From Cylindrospermopsis raciborskii Cr2010 (lineage in GTDB: Bacteria; Cyanobacteriota; Cyanobacteriia; Cyanobacteriales; Nostocaceae), in contig NZ_CP065936.1 of NCBI RefSeq assembly GCF_003367075.2, forward strand, positions 2,040,001 through 2,072,000: a stretch of 32,000 nt of DNA. The letters run 5' to 3'. Of this stretch, positions 18,040 through 29,589 are shown one piece after another. Below the pieces are notes generated by a model. That model ran no database searches and had not been told where the DNA came from. It was given only the letters and a program-made list of their open reading frames with translations. Position numbers and translations under genes: made by a program. Within the stretch, counting starts at the first letter, position 1; each line of letters begins with the position of its first letter.

Positions 18040-21000
18040 AATAAAATAGTTGTTAGTCCAGACTTGGCATACCTAGATTACTCTGGACCTGCTGAATAAA
18101 ATCCCAAATTTTAAAACAAAAGTCACTATTCAGTATTTCACCAGAGATGGCTAGAGATTGAGTATGGACATAGAAGAAGCGAAGCATCGAGGATGAGATT
18201 GAATCCATCTAATCCATTAGTAACGATCGGTCAGCACGTGCAGCTACTTTAAATTTTAGTCCTAATACTCACTGACTCATTTAGGAAGCAAATCTTTAGA
18301 AAATTACATTGAGATACAAGATAAATTGACCCTAGCCATGCAAAAAAAATGGGGAGTACCATGACAGAGTTGAATTTATCAGAACTTAACATCAGACATT
18401 AATGAATCTCCAAGGAAACTATAGGGAAGATAATAAACTAGATTATTAGATTTGACCTATCCATTTCCAGAAGAAACCAATCTAAAACAAAGACTGACAG
18501 TCAGACAAAATGATAATAGCAAAAAAATCAACAACTACTAAAAATACAAGGCCGTGACCCGCGTGGATAAGCCCTGTGATTTTACAACAACCTCATCAAG
18601 GGAATCAATAATTATATTAATATAAAATTTGCTGACGTAGATCAGATGATAAATAGATTTAGAATATGCACTTCCAATTTGGAAAAAGCCATAATTCAGA
18701 CATCTACAAATTGCAAAATCTTCAATCAAGAAACCCTAGGAAAGTTAGAATAAATTTGCTAAACAACATTTAGAATTTCTGTTAGAGCAAGTTGACGGAG
18801 GAGAAGGTGTTATATTTATAAGATCTCATTAAAGGACAAAACTATTAGAAGATTATGTATTAACGATTAATTAGTAAAGCAGATGGAGATTATCAACACA
18901 GCAGGAGCAACAAAGTAATTACCGAACTATTTTTCTTCGTAGTGAAGTTGCACGATATATTGCCAATCATTCTCAGAACATTAGTGAAGTAGAGAGTCCT
19001 AGAAAGCATGCAATAGAATTTACCTTGGAATCAAAATGAAATTGATGGTAAAGCACAAGCCACCAAAAAAATAGTTCTTTTAATATCACTCAGATCTTAA
19101 ACCAGATGGGGGAAGAACATAAACCGCAATTGCTGAATCATCGAAAAATCGCCTCTATCAGAAAAAAGTTTTGAAAACTGTATTTTTGTACTGTTTTATA
19201 TTTGAACTAATGAAAGTATGGGAAGTGATTTAGAGTATAATCCATTGAATTTTAGAAAACAAAATATTGCCCACACTAAAAGGAAATGATGATCGTCAAA
19301 AAGCGACTATTTAAAAATTGTATTAAGAGGTTTGAGGAATTAAAGATAAAGGAAAAAAATTAATAAGACAAAAAGAACTGATAAAAATATAATTAAACGT
19401 AAACCCCATACCCAGTTAGGCATTATCCTCTACATATTTCTGTGAAAGAAAGTATTTTAGAAAATGACCTTGATACCATTATTATTAAAAGAACCACCTT
19501 CTTTAAAGAAGTCCTACAAAAACCAAAAGAATGCTTGCAGTATTAACCTAGGGAAGCCACAACCCAAGGCAACTTATTAATTACTTTACCAGCAAATCAG
19601 TATTAGCGAAATACATTTTAAAAACAGAAGATCAGCAAAATATTTGATATGAAATATGATCTAGTTCCAGGTATCAAAGTATTACCGGTGTTGTTTTATC
19701 AATGAAAGAAGGGCAGAAATTTATCATCAGCATTTAAAGTCTCGTAGATTGTTAATATTTCACATCGTTCGGAAACAGACCAATTAGAAAAACCAATCAA
19801 GAATTTATTTATAAAATCACCTATAGCCTACTTACCTATATTTGTCTCTATGTTATTTTAGAGAACCAGTCAAAAATATTTGTTCCCCATAAGAATACAC
19901 CAAAAAGAAAACAGACAATGCGCCCATAGAAAACTTTATAGTTTGTTTAACTAGTTCTATCTCATTTACTCAATAATGGGTATCGTAGCAACCAGGGAAT
20001 AGTCATTAACAAATCCCAAACCTCAAAGATAAACTTTAAAATTCCAAATGTTTTGACATCTTTGTATTCCGTACTCTCCCAGAAATATAAATTTCAATTT
20101 AAGGAAACCGAAATTTACATTTCAAGAAATTGATAAACCCGCTATTATCATCATTTCTAGTCGTGAAACCGATAGTGTCTGGAGTGGGAAATACAAGTCG
20201 TCTAACCTGGTGGGTGAAATTATCATCTTAGAAGTAAGGAAAACAGTCAGGTTTCAACTATTAAAACTTTTTCAGAAAACTATGAAGATCATCAAAAAAT
20301 GCTTCGAATATCCCACTGTTATAGTAGACAATGGATCAACTTTACAGCAAGGGATACAAGCACTTTATTTATATATCTAAAGTTCCCTACAGCAGTACCT
20401 TGCTATACCCAGAAAGAGAAAAAATGAGGAATTATTCTTCATGTCTAAAAATGTAATCAAATCCCTAAAAAAGAAAGAGATAATATCAAAATTTATCCCA
20501 TGTTTTTGATAAATACTATGGTAAAGCTAGAAAAAATTTCAAGCTTAAGACCTTGGCATATATATTCAAGATACCCTAGAACTTACTAACTTAGCGGAGG
20601 ATAAGAAATAAAACAAGCTGTGATTTTCTTCAATCATTTAATGGTTCAGCCTTGATAGTATTAACTATCATGTGGCTGGGTCTAGTGACACTGTTAAATA
20701 TTTATGATGGAATTTTAGATGATGAAGATATCAGAGTGCTACTGATATATAATAATAATTAAGATGAAATTTTACAATGCCTGACATTATTTCATTTTTA
20801 TCGTTATAAAAACTGGAAATTCCCAGCTACAAAATTAGACTCCTTAAAAAAATTTAATTGGAGACGAATCTGTAACTCAGTGTGCGGTTTTAAAACATAT
20901 TCGAGAGAAGGTAGATTTTAATTCTCTTTAGCATTCTTAACTTATATTAAATCAATTATCAGTCAGGAAAACTACTCAACAAACTAATGAAAGAAATTTA

Positions 21001-24000
21001 GAACTTGTTTTCAGAAATGAATAAAAGTCACATAAAACATAATATGATAGAATAAAAATGAATAGCAAAAATAGCTGATGATTTGTAAAGACTGTTTGAG
21101 GTTGGTTTTAATGTAGGAATACTTAATTACATTAATCAAAATCAGATTCAAAATAGATTTGGGATCTGTAATAGTCAAGAACTAAAAATCTGATTTTCTA
21201 AGATGAGCAGTTAATTGTTAATAAACTAATCAGTGATATAGAGCAAGAAATAGCAAAACATGGTGTTTTTGGAAAAGGTTTTTTCTGGATTAAATTTATT
21301 TAGGAATATCTCAAGTCTTGGGATGTGACCATCAATCAAGTTTAAAGAATTTAGAAATTATCTATTATCAATGTCGGTTTAAATAATGATAACAGTCTTG
21401 GTACTCATGAAGTTAGTGAAACCCACTGGGTTTACAAACCTGCTCTCTGTGCTACAAAAATTAAACACATGGGAGCAGGATATTAATCAGGATATTAATA
21501 AATACAAAAAGAAAGGAGAGTTTCTAATGCTGATACTTTGATGTTATTAAGATATAAAAATAACTATCGTCTTTTATGTCTTGATTTATCAGTATTTTCA
21601 ATTCATACAGATGAGATGATCAAAAAATAGACTATGTAGAAATTATTAGAACTTATTGCTGCAAGAGGTCAACTACTTACGTTCAAAAAGTGTATTTTCT
21701 AAATTGGTGATTGATACTGAAACCCCAAGTTTAGACTTTGATTCAGACCTGAAAGAATTTTTCACTGCTTTTAAATATCAGTACAAAGAAAGTGCTAAAT
21801 CAATTCAAGCAGGTAGTTACATTTATAGTTTTTGGGCACTTTTACAAAAGACAAATCCTTAGCTGAAAAAGGGATAATTCCTGACAGAAAAAGATTAGTC
21901 TGTAACGCTGTAGAGAAGGATCGCCCAGAACACCAATCATTCCTGGAGAAAATTTTAGAACTATTGGAAACCTGTTATCAAATTTATAGGGAAACATAAT
22001 AGACAGGAAGAAATGATGGAAGTGCGCCAAAAGAGCTATAACATACGCATGAATGCCCAAAGAAATTTTGCTCGCTGCAAAAAAATGGTTGATCAATTAT
22101 GGGTATTAGCCCAGATACCATCAATATTTTACCACGTCATACAGAAACGATTACAGGTTTTATAACACCGTTGCTCCTGTACCATCAGAATTGGTATCTA
22201 GTTTGGAATTTAACGGAACACCAACTTAGACAAGCACATAATCAGTTAATTAAAAGATATCTTGCTTCAGACAACACCTACTTATTTTCTCATCACAACT
22301 TGGATTGGGAAAACCACCAGCCATTGTGATTTTATTATTGAACATAAGATGAAGGTTTTTATTTTTCTATGTTAGTCCTCGCAAACAAGTTAATTTGGAT
22401 ATTATTGGAAAATTTAAGAATCGGGAAGATGGTAACCAGATGATGGAATATTCAAGCATTAACAGCGACACACTTGATTCAAGATAACTCTGCGAACTAT
22501 CAGTTGCTTATACATCAAATAAATATGAAAAAGACTTTACTTTAGGGATGTATGGCTTAACAGTAAATAACATGGAGAGAATATCCTATAGAAAAATAGA
22601 TTGGCAAATAACCGATGAGCTACACTTGAAGGATATGGGGACAAAAATAAGGGAGTATTAAATAGTATTTGTCAAGGACTATATCATTCAATTGCTGATC
22701 AAAAACATAATCAAATTATTGCTACCTCTTCGTCCAATCTCTCAGAAAGATAGAGCGTGGGGATACCTAAAACACTCAGGGAAAAATCTGAGTGATGCAT
22801 AAAGCAACACTAAAGAAGATAAAGCCTTAAATTATGAAAAGAATGCGCAATATATCTGGTCGGATTAAACATCTATTTATTATGATAGATGAAATTACAT
22901 AGAGATGAGGAGGGCAGAATTTTTGCAAGGATTAAAAAATTGTCAAGCATCAATTAAGCGACCAGAATAATGGTTTTAATACTAAAATTATTGTAGCGGA
23001 TAAGTCAAGAAGTTGATGTTCTATATCTCAACATTTAAAAAAAAGATGGTTCTCTCAACCGAACAAGATTTACTTTTAGACGAGCAGAATCTCACATTCA
23101 ACCTATCAGTGTAGAATGCTTTGAATTTCATAATAAGAATGCTATTCTTGATTAACACAAATACCTATCCAGCCAAGAGCTTAATCGATCAACTATCAAA
23201 TTATTGTCGAATCATGACGGTTCAATAATCAATCCAAGTTAAAAACAAATCCGATTTAGAAAAAACAGTCAAGAACAGCTATTTGGAAGATATTCTGAGA
23301 ATTGTTAACAAAAGACAATGCTGAACAATTCTATAGTTTATATCCAAAATAAGTCCAAATTATCAGAATTGATTGATAAAATTCAGCAGAGCTTGTAAGG
23401 AAAATTTCAGACAAAATCAGCATTTTTAGCCATACATGCCAATATATCATCATTAAAGAAGAAGTAAAAATATCAAAAACAGCAAAAGTTATATTTATGA
23501 CTGCTTCTGGAAGTCGGGATTTGTCCTTCCTAAAGCCACATATATTGGTGAAATTCCTAAGTTTGAAATTGAGAAAATCTCATGGAAATAATTCAGGTAA
23601 TTTACAGAGGAGAGGAGAAGATGATATTGACAATCAAGATAAGTATATCAATTCTTATTTAGCAGAACGTTCGTTTTATCATGGTGATCAAATGAGATAG
23701 CGGTGAGAGAAAATTGCCTCAGTTTATTAAACTACTAATTCTCAAAGCATCCATCATGACCAGAATTCAAGGTTGTGGTTTCCCTCTAGGGAAGAAAAAA
23801 TTATATTCTGATTCCCATTGGTGGAAAGTCAGTCTTTACAGCGGGAGATTCCTTTTGCTAGTAAAATCATACCGCATCACCCAACTTAAAAGAGAATATA
23901 GTTATAACAAAACATACCTGCTATACGATGCCTATATGAAACTAGAATCATTAATGAGTAGAGCTTGTACCATCAGTTAGCAAGAGTGAACAAGAGAGTT

Positions 24001-24600
24001 ATTTAAAAAATTCAGGAAAGCTTAACAGCAAATTACATTCTGCTAAAAACATTAGATCATTATTAGATTTTTACTTCTTAGAATTGGCTTGTATTAGTGG
24101 TGATTATTGATTGTTCCTGTTCCCAAATTCGACAGTCCTATTCCATGTTGTTTTAGAAATTCAAAAATATGCTAACCAAGAACTATTAAATAAACTGAAA
24201 AATATTAGTTCTAAATCCCAGTTATCCAGAAAATCTCACCTCAGCGGTAAAAGATGGTATAGAATTGGTGGAAAACTAATTAATGCACCTAAAAAAGTCA
24301 AAGTATGATCAACATCAGGAAAATCTACAAGCGGATCAAAGCATCATGCTTTTCCTCTGTTTGCGTTTATTAGTGGTGATGATGAAACAATACTTTGAAA
24401 CTCACCTCAAGAACCGGAGGATATGATTTAAAGATATATTGTCTATGTATATTCGCCTGAAGTCCTGTAACTAATATTTTACCCATAGGACATACTTATA
24501 GAGGAATTTCCTTTTATTGTATTCAACAGTTGTAGCTTAGACGAAATGCGATATAAATTGTTTACAGAGAACATCTGTTGAATTCCCCAAGAGTTAAAAT
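18040..24600 (+). other. ~6.6 kb ORF-free, A-rich, low-GC tract. Probably deeply eroded coding DNA (sense strand +) of unknown identity
   Basis: The longest ORF in any frame is 88 aa. In sampled 60-nt lines (e.g. 19321-19380, 22561-22620) A outnumbers T by more than 2:1, and G+C is about 23-33%, against about 43-50% in sampled lines of intact genes. I recognise no repeat periodicity, RNA structure or conserved protein motif. Confidence 0.4.
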
Positions 24601-24688
24601 GTTTGAGTTTGATTCTCTCTCTCTAAAAATTTGTGCTGGACATTTAGCAAATCTTGTGATATATTATAAAATGTAAGCCTAAACGCAT

Positions 24689-25058
24689 GGGTCCGTCACG
24701 GCTTCGACAGGCTAAGGAAAGCTACTCTGTGATTCAGGTCGAGAGTGAGTCTCTCTCGCAAATCAAAGGCCTAAAACAACGTAAATGCGAACAATATCGT
24801 AAAATTTGCTCGTAAGGAAGCCCTAGTTGCTGCCTAATAACCTCTTATAGGTCCGAGCGTCTCTGGTGTGACTCGTTATGACTAGAGACCTAACCCTCAA
24901 CGGATGCTCTAACAAGTGTTCTCTGCTGGCTTGTTGGCTAAGACTTAATCAGAGCATCCTACGTTCGATAATGAACTGATTCCAGCTTTTGAGGGTAAGA
25001 AACAACCTGTATATGGGTCAATACTCAATTTGGACAGCAGTTCGACTGCTCTGATCCA
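24689..25058 (+). ncRNA. ssrA: tmRNA (ssrA), one-piece; tag ORF intact, but the tRNA-like domain is possibly degenerate
   Basis: 5' end GGGTCCGTCACGGCTTCGACAGG. Tag ORF GCGAACAATATCGTAAAATTTGCTCGTAAGGAAGCCCTAGTTGCTGCCTAATAA = ANNIVKFARKEALVAA**. 3' end GGACAGCAGTTCGACTGCTCTGATCCA. Acceptor GGGTCCG/CTGATCC includes the expected G3.U wobble and also a C6xU mismatch. The only 5-bp T-stem (AGCAG/CTGCT) encloses a 5-nt loop rather than 7 nt. Confidence 0.8.
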
Positions 25059-25127
25059 ATTTAGTTAGTAAATATTGCAGTGACTGGATATTTTTATCCC
25101 CAGTCATTTTTATTTCCAAGGTCGGTA

Positions 25128-27240
25128 CTAGCCAATGTTAGATACGCGGATTCTGGTCAGTTTGTTCAACCGCTGGGTATTAACAAACTGAGGAATAAAC
25201 TCACATCTGTTACTACACCTATAGACTCAACTGAACCAAGTGATCGCTCAACCTTGGTGACTACTGCTGGGTTGATATCCACACACACCATTCTAACTCC
25301 CAGAGGGGTCATATTACCCACTCCAACGGAATGGAGCATTGAAGATAACACAAAATCATTTCTGCTCCTGAATGATTTTGGCATATTCCTGCTGAGCTAA
25401 GATGAGGTCTACTGGTATCTGGTAAAGGTCCATCATCCCGAATGGATCCAGCTAGGACAAAAGGAATATCATTTTTCACACATTCATACATGACAATTCC
25501 CGGTGATGACCCCAGATCTATTGCTCTAGCAATGCTGCTAAAATCGCCGTATGGCATTACCATTTCGCGATGCCCATGACCACCCTGCAATTGCTATACT
25601 CGTTTCATGTCTACACCGAGATGTACCCATCATGTTCTGCTCGATGTCGTGAACTGCGATCGATTTCCACCCGCAAGTCCTTGAACATAACCTTCACGAA
25701 TTAACTACGATGTTCTCCGGCCACCGGTATGAATCACTACCGGTCCTGCAGCAAACCACTACCTTACCACCAGCATCACGAATTTTGCGTAATTCTGCGC
25801 TTCACTTGCTCGACCACCAGTTCCACTCGTTTTTCGCTGGAAACACTGGAGGACATAAAATCCAAATTCTTGAGCATTGGTGTTGCTCGCGGATTCGGTT
25901 TTCTACGGATGCTGCGAATACTTTCGGAATATCAACTACTACTTGCTCTCCACTTCTCCAGATCCTGCAAAATCTTACATTTGCCACCATTCCATTGGGT
26001 GTTTGAGAAATGGCGATCGCCCGTCCAGCGCGTTGATTTTCTACTTTGAACCACAGCCGTCATCCCAATCCTGTGGATAAACGGTGCCGACATAAAAGTC
26101 ATCAGGGCGACTCCCGCTTGTAAAACGGGTTCTAGCTTAGCGTCTTTTCTATCTTGGGGTAAATCCACCGCACCCAGATCAATCATCAAGTTGGAGAAGA
26201 TTCTTCCATCACATCATGAGATGGTGCAGAAACCTTGACTTCTGCTGCGGAGGTACTTTGACGCTGCTCTCCCCCACCAAAGTGCTGAGGACTTGGCTTC
26301 TCTCTCCCATGTCCACAATTAAATCCAAAGCTCGGTTGATTAATCCTGCATCTAGCAACCTTCCAATCGAATTATTCTACTTTCCACCTGGGTTGTAGCA
26401 TGTACTCCTTCTTACAGGTTCTGTCACTCAGAGTTGTGACATTTGGATGCACCACCAGCTTTGAGGAACTCAGTTAAAGGAGTGTTTCAATAACTCTTGA
26501 AAACCAACTTTCAGCTAACTTTTTAATTTTAGTTCATCGCTGGCTTTGTTCATAATCACGATGTGGATCAATACAATCGCATTACAAGCAAAGTTGACCA
26601 ACCTTTTCCTCAATAGCAATGTGTTTTTCCAAAGCTACCCGCATTTCAATCACTCGATTAGAGCAGGAATCAAACGCACTGGGGTAGTACAGCAACAGCC
26701 ATTTGCAAGGGACAAAACAGGTGTCCAGATGGTAGAATCCTATCATCTATCAACCGTAGGGAACCACCTCAATATCTAACCACTTAGCCAAAATAGGGTG
26801 GGAATCCAGCTCAGAACGGAAACCATACCCCGCCCATAACCAACGCCCCTTCCGGTCTAACAGTGCATCACCAGCACCTTCAAACGGTAGATCCTGGGCA
26901 AACCTGACATTATAACCGTTGTTTTCAAACCATTGTTGAAAGTAGGGCTCTCCCTGACGCTCTTTATGTAGAAAGCGACTGAGAACCACATTCTCGTCTA
27001 AAACCAATCCCGCATTCACAAACACCATGTCTGGCCAACCTTCGCTGGTGTGACTAAATCTACACAGCGTGATCTTGATTACTTTATATAATTTATTCCA
27101 CTGCTCCAATAGCGCGATCAAGGGATGACTTATGGATATTGCCTTCCCCATCCAGGGGTTAATTACGTAGTCCACGTCATGGCCGGGGCGCACATTAAAA
27201 TCGAATTGGGGAAACCATAAAATTTTACTTTCTTTTCACT
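25128..27240 (-). pseudogene. agrE: agrE/argZ-like bifunctional arginine dihydrolase (amidinotransferase-fold N-domain plus LOR/SDH TIGR00300-type C-domain), heavily frameshifted pseudogene
   Basis: N-domain fragments (27240 down to ~26430): DVDYVINPWM, FEGAGDALLDRKGRWLWAGYGFRS, FYHLDTCF, LLYYPSAFDS.SNRVIEMR, and a frameshifted, stop-interrupted remnant of the expected C-terminal LKAGGxxKC motif (raw reading VPQSWWCIQMSQL*VTEPV). C-domain fragments (~26400 down to 25128): [122 protein letters not shown]. The fragments are split over three frames and 7 short track ORFs. Total span is 2,113 bp, about 704 codons, which matches the ~700-aa fused AgrE/ArgZ proteins. Confidence 0.65.
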
Positions 27241-27600
27241 AATCTCTGTTCAATACAAGCTTTGACTTGGCTTTCTGTCACATCTGTTACTTAATTACCA
27301 CCTTTGGAGCAGAAGTCAACTTTCTTAACTGCATAATTAATCCTTTTTTGGATTACCAGGTTAGCATTTAAGTTGTTTTAATTGATTGTGCAATAGGCAA
27401 AAACATATTTATAGTATAGACTTTGTTCAAAGAGCTGGATTGAGTTCTCATAATTTTGTTAACATTTTGGGCTGAATAACAAATGCATATTGCCAGTTTG
27501 TATAAATATATATCATTTCATAAATTATTCAACTAGAAGACTGGCACACTCCCGAAAGTATCTTAATTTAGTTTAGTGATTCACCCACCAGGAGGAGTTT

Positions 27601-28849
27601 CTGTCTCGACGCTATTTATTTACCTCCGAGTCTGTTACTGAAGGACACCCAGATAAAATCTTGCATCAAATCTCCGATACAATTCTGGATGCTTTATTAA
27701 CGGAAGATCCTACTAGTCGGGTGGCAGCAGAGGTAGTTGTTAACCGGGTTAGTGTTAATTACCGGTGAAATTACCACTAAAGCTAACGTCAACTTTCGCA
27801 TTTAGCCGTAAGAAAATTGCGGAAATCGGCTATACCGATGCGGTCAACGGTTTTTCTGCTAATAGCACCAGTGTACTTTTAGCTATAGATGAACAGCTCA
27901 CCTGATATTGCCCAAGGTGTAAACACTGCCCATGAAACCCGTACTCAAGATAGTGAAGAACAATTTGATAAGATCGGGGCTGGTGATCATGACTAATGTC
28001 TGGTTTTGCATGTAATGAAACACCCGAACTCATATCTTACCTATTAGTTTGGCTCACCGCATTGCTCGTAGATTGGCAGCTGTCGAAAACTGAGATTTGT
28101 CATATCTACGTCCCGATGGCAAACCCAGGTTACTGAAGCTTACGAAGATGGTAAACCTGTGGGTATTGATACTATCTGATTTCCACTCAGCATACACCTA
28201 ATATTGGGGATATTACGGATGAGGCTGGAGTGCAAGCCAAGATTAAGGAAGATTTGTGGGCTTTAGTGGTAGAACCTGTATTTGGTGATATTACTGTCAA
28301 GCCAGACCAAACTACTCGGTTTTTGGTTAATCCCCACCGGCAAATTTGTTATTGGTGGACCTCAAGGGATTCTGACTAACAGGAAGAAAAAAATCATTGT
28401 TGACACCTATGGTGGTTATTCGCCATGGTGGTGGTGCTTTCCAGTAAGATCCCACTAAGGTAGATCGCTCTGCTGCATACGCAGGCTCGCTACGCAGCAA
28501 AACATTAAGGTGGCTGGATTGGCTGAAAATGCGAGGTTCAGTTAAGTTATGCTGCTGGTGTGGCTAGACCTGTGAGTATTTTGCAGATACTTTGGCATAG
28601 CAAGGTGGATGATGAAGTTTACTGCAATTAGTCAAAGACAACTTTGAACTGCGTCCTGCAGGAATCATCCACGCCTTTATCTAAGGAATTTACCCAGTGA
28701 GAGGGGCGGACGTTTTTATCAGGACGCAGCTTATGGTCACTTGGGACGTCTGATCTGGAATTTTACCATGGAGCGTACTGGATAAGGCAGCCGTTCTTAA
28801 GCAAGCAGCCAGTGAGCATGTTAATTCACCTGTTTCTAGCTTGAGGTAA
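27601..28849 (+). pseudogene. metK: metK (S-adenosylmethionine synthetase) pseudogene
   Basis: GGAGGAG tt CTG TCT CGA CGC TAT...: the start position is CTG, and there is no in-frame ATG, GTG or TTG after the upstream [48 protein letters not shown] is followed by a frameshift near 27742 (first stop TGA at 27766-27768). After that, [151 protein letters not shown] and [16 protein letters not shown] are readable only by hopping frames. The track has no plus-strand ORF of 60 aa or more here. Confidence 0.9.
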
Positions 28850-28896
28850 AATCAACTTGCCTCAACTAGTTTAAAGTGTGCTTAACCTAATTATAC

Positions 28897-29359
28897 CTAG
28901 TCCCAGTCAGATTCACTGTCCTCTCCACCAACACCAATGGCAGTGCTATAGATTTGGGCGTCAGTAATGGTAAAGGTTATTCATAGATGCTTGATAAACA
29001 TTAGAATCATTAATCACAGCACCAGGAAATTGGCACCGTTGAGATTGTAAACTGTTTCATGTTTGCTATTGGTAACGAAGGCAGATGTTAAATTGGCACC
29101 TGATAAACGGCTCCGTTAGGTCAGCTCCTTCTAAGTTGACACTTGTTAGGTCAGCTCTCGAGATTTGCACCCCGTAGGTCTGCAAATCTTTCAATCAGGT
29201 GAGAACCGCTCAGGTTGACCTGAGACAGCTGGCATTTCCTGACACTCTCACTCTCACAGTGGATAAAAGTTTTGCAGATCATGATTGTTGCCAGCATTAA
29301 CTGAGCTAACAAACAATAGGGGAGCCACCAGGCTATAGTAGCTAAAGTTCACGTTTCAT
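28897..29359 (-). pseudogene. Pentapeptide-repeat protein pseudogene
   Basis: AAGGAAGGGGT ATG AAA CGT GAA CTT TAG: stop at codon 6. Other frames then give LATIAWWLPYCLLAQLMLATIMI (a TM), QLSQVNLSGSHL, DLRGANLES, ADLTSVNLEGADLT and LNGANF. These are A(D/N)LxX pentapeptide repeats interrupted by several stops. Confidence 0.7.
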
Positions 29360-29589
29360 ACCCCTTCCTTTATATTTACATCCTCACATTTCTATTGTCT
29401 CATGAAATAGAGCAGAAATGATATTTTATATCACCAGTTGGGTGTAATGTTATGGTATTTAGTTATTTAACCTGTAACCCTTTACTCTACAACAGTTTTA
29501 TCTATCTGGGATCATAATTAATTACATTAAATGCTTGTTAACTTATATGTTAACTAATTTTAAGTTTACTGTCAATTCAGAGAACTGAT

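Noticed and set aside
21656-24308. Short ORFs (65-88 aa) inside the 6.6 kb tract: 21656..21862, 22099..22329, 23497..23700, 23714..23980 and 24111..24308
   Set aside because: They are most likely surviving open stretches of decayed coding sequence rather than genes. They have no RBS, no recognisable motifs, and are surrounded by stops in all frames.
24355-24400. 'AFISGDDETIL' peptide resembling a Cas10/polymerase-palm GGDD motif
   Set aside because: It is a single short motif in a stop-riddled region with no supporting neighbouring motifs. It lies only ~300 bp from the tmRNA 5' end, which leaves too little room for the rest of such a protein. Chance similarity is more likely.
18040-24600. 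Possible CRISPR array or other periodic repeat structure in the ORF-free tract
   Set aside because: Reading through the tract, I found no direct repeat of 20-40 nt recurring at regular spacing. Only trivial A-runs and a 12-mer (attagtggtgat, near 24092 and 24369) recur.
25059-25130. Genomic island or CRISPR-associated transposon integrated at the tmRNA 3' end
   Set aside because: Only ~70 bp separate the tmRNA 3' end from the 3' end of the agrE-like remnant. There is no integrase, no Tn7-like genes, and no duplicated tmRNA 3' segment downstream. The unexplained 6.6 kb lies on the 5' side, which is not where ssrA-targeting elements insert.
25080-26398. Plus-strand ORFs 25080..25400, 25710..26006, 25729..26049, 25877..26080 and 26216..26398
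   Set aside because: They are antisense to the agrE-like remnant, whose minus-strand fragments carry clear family motifs. These plus-strand readings carry none.
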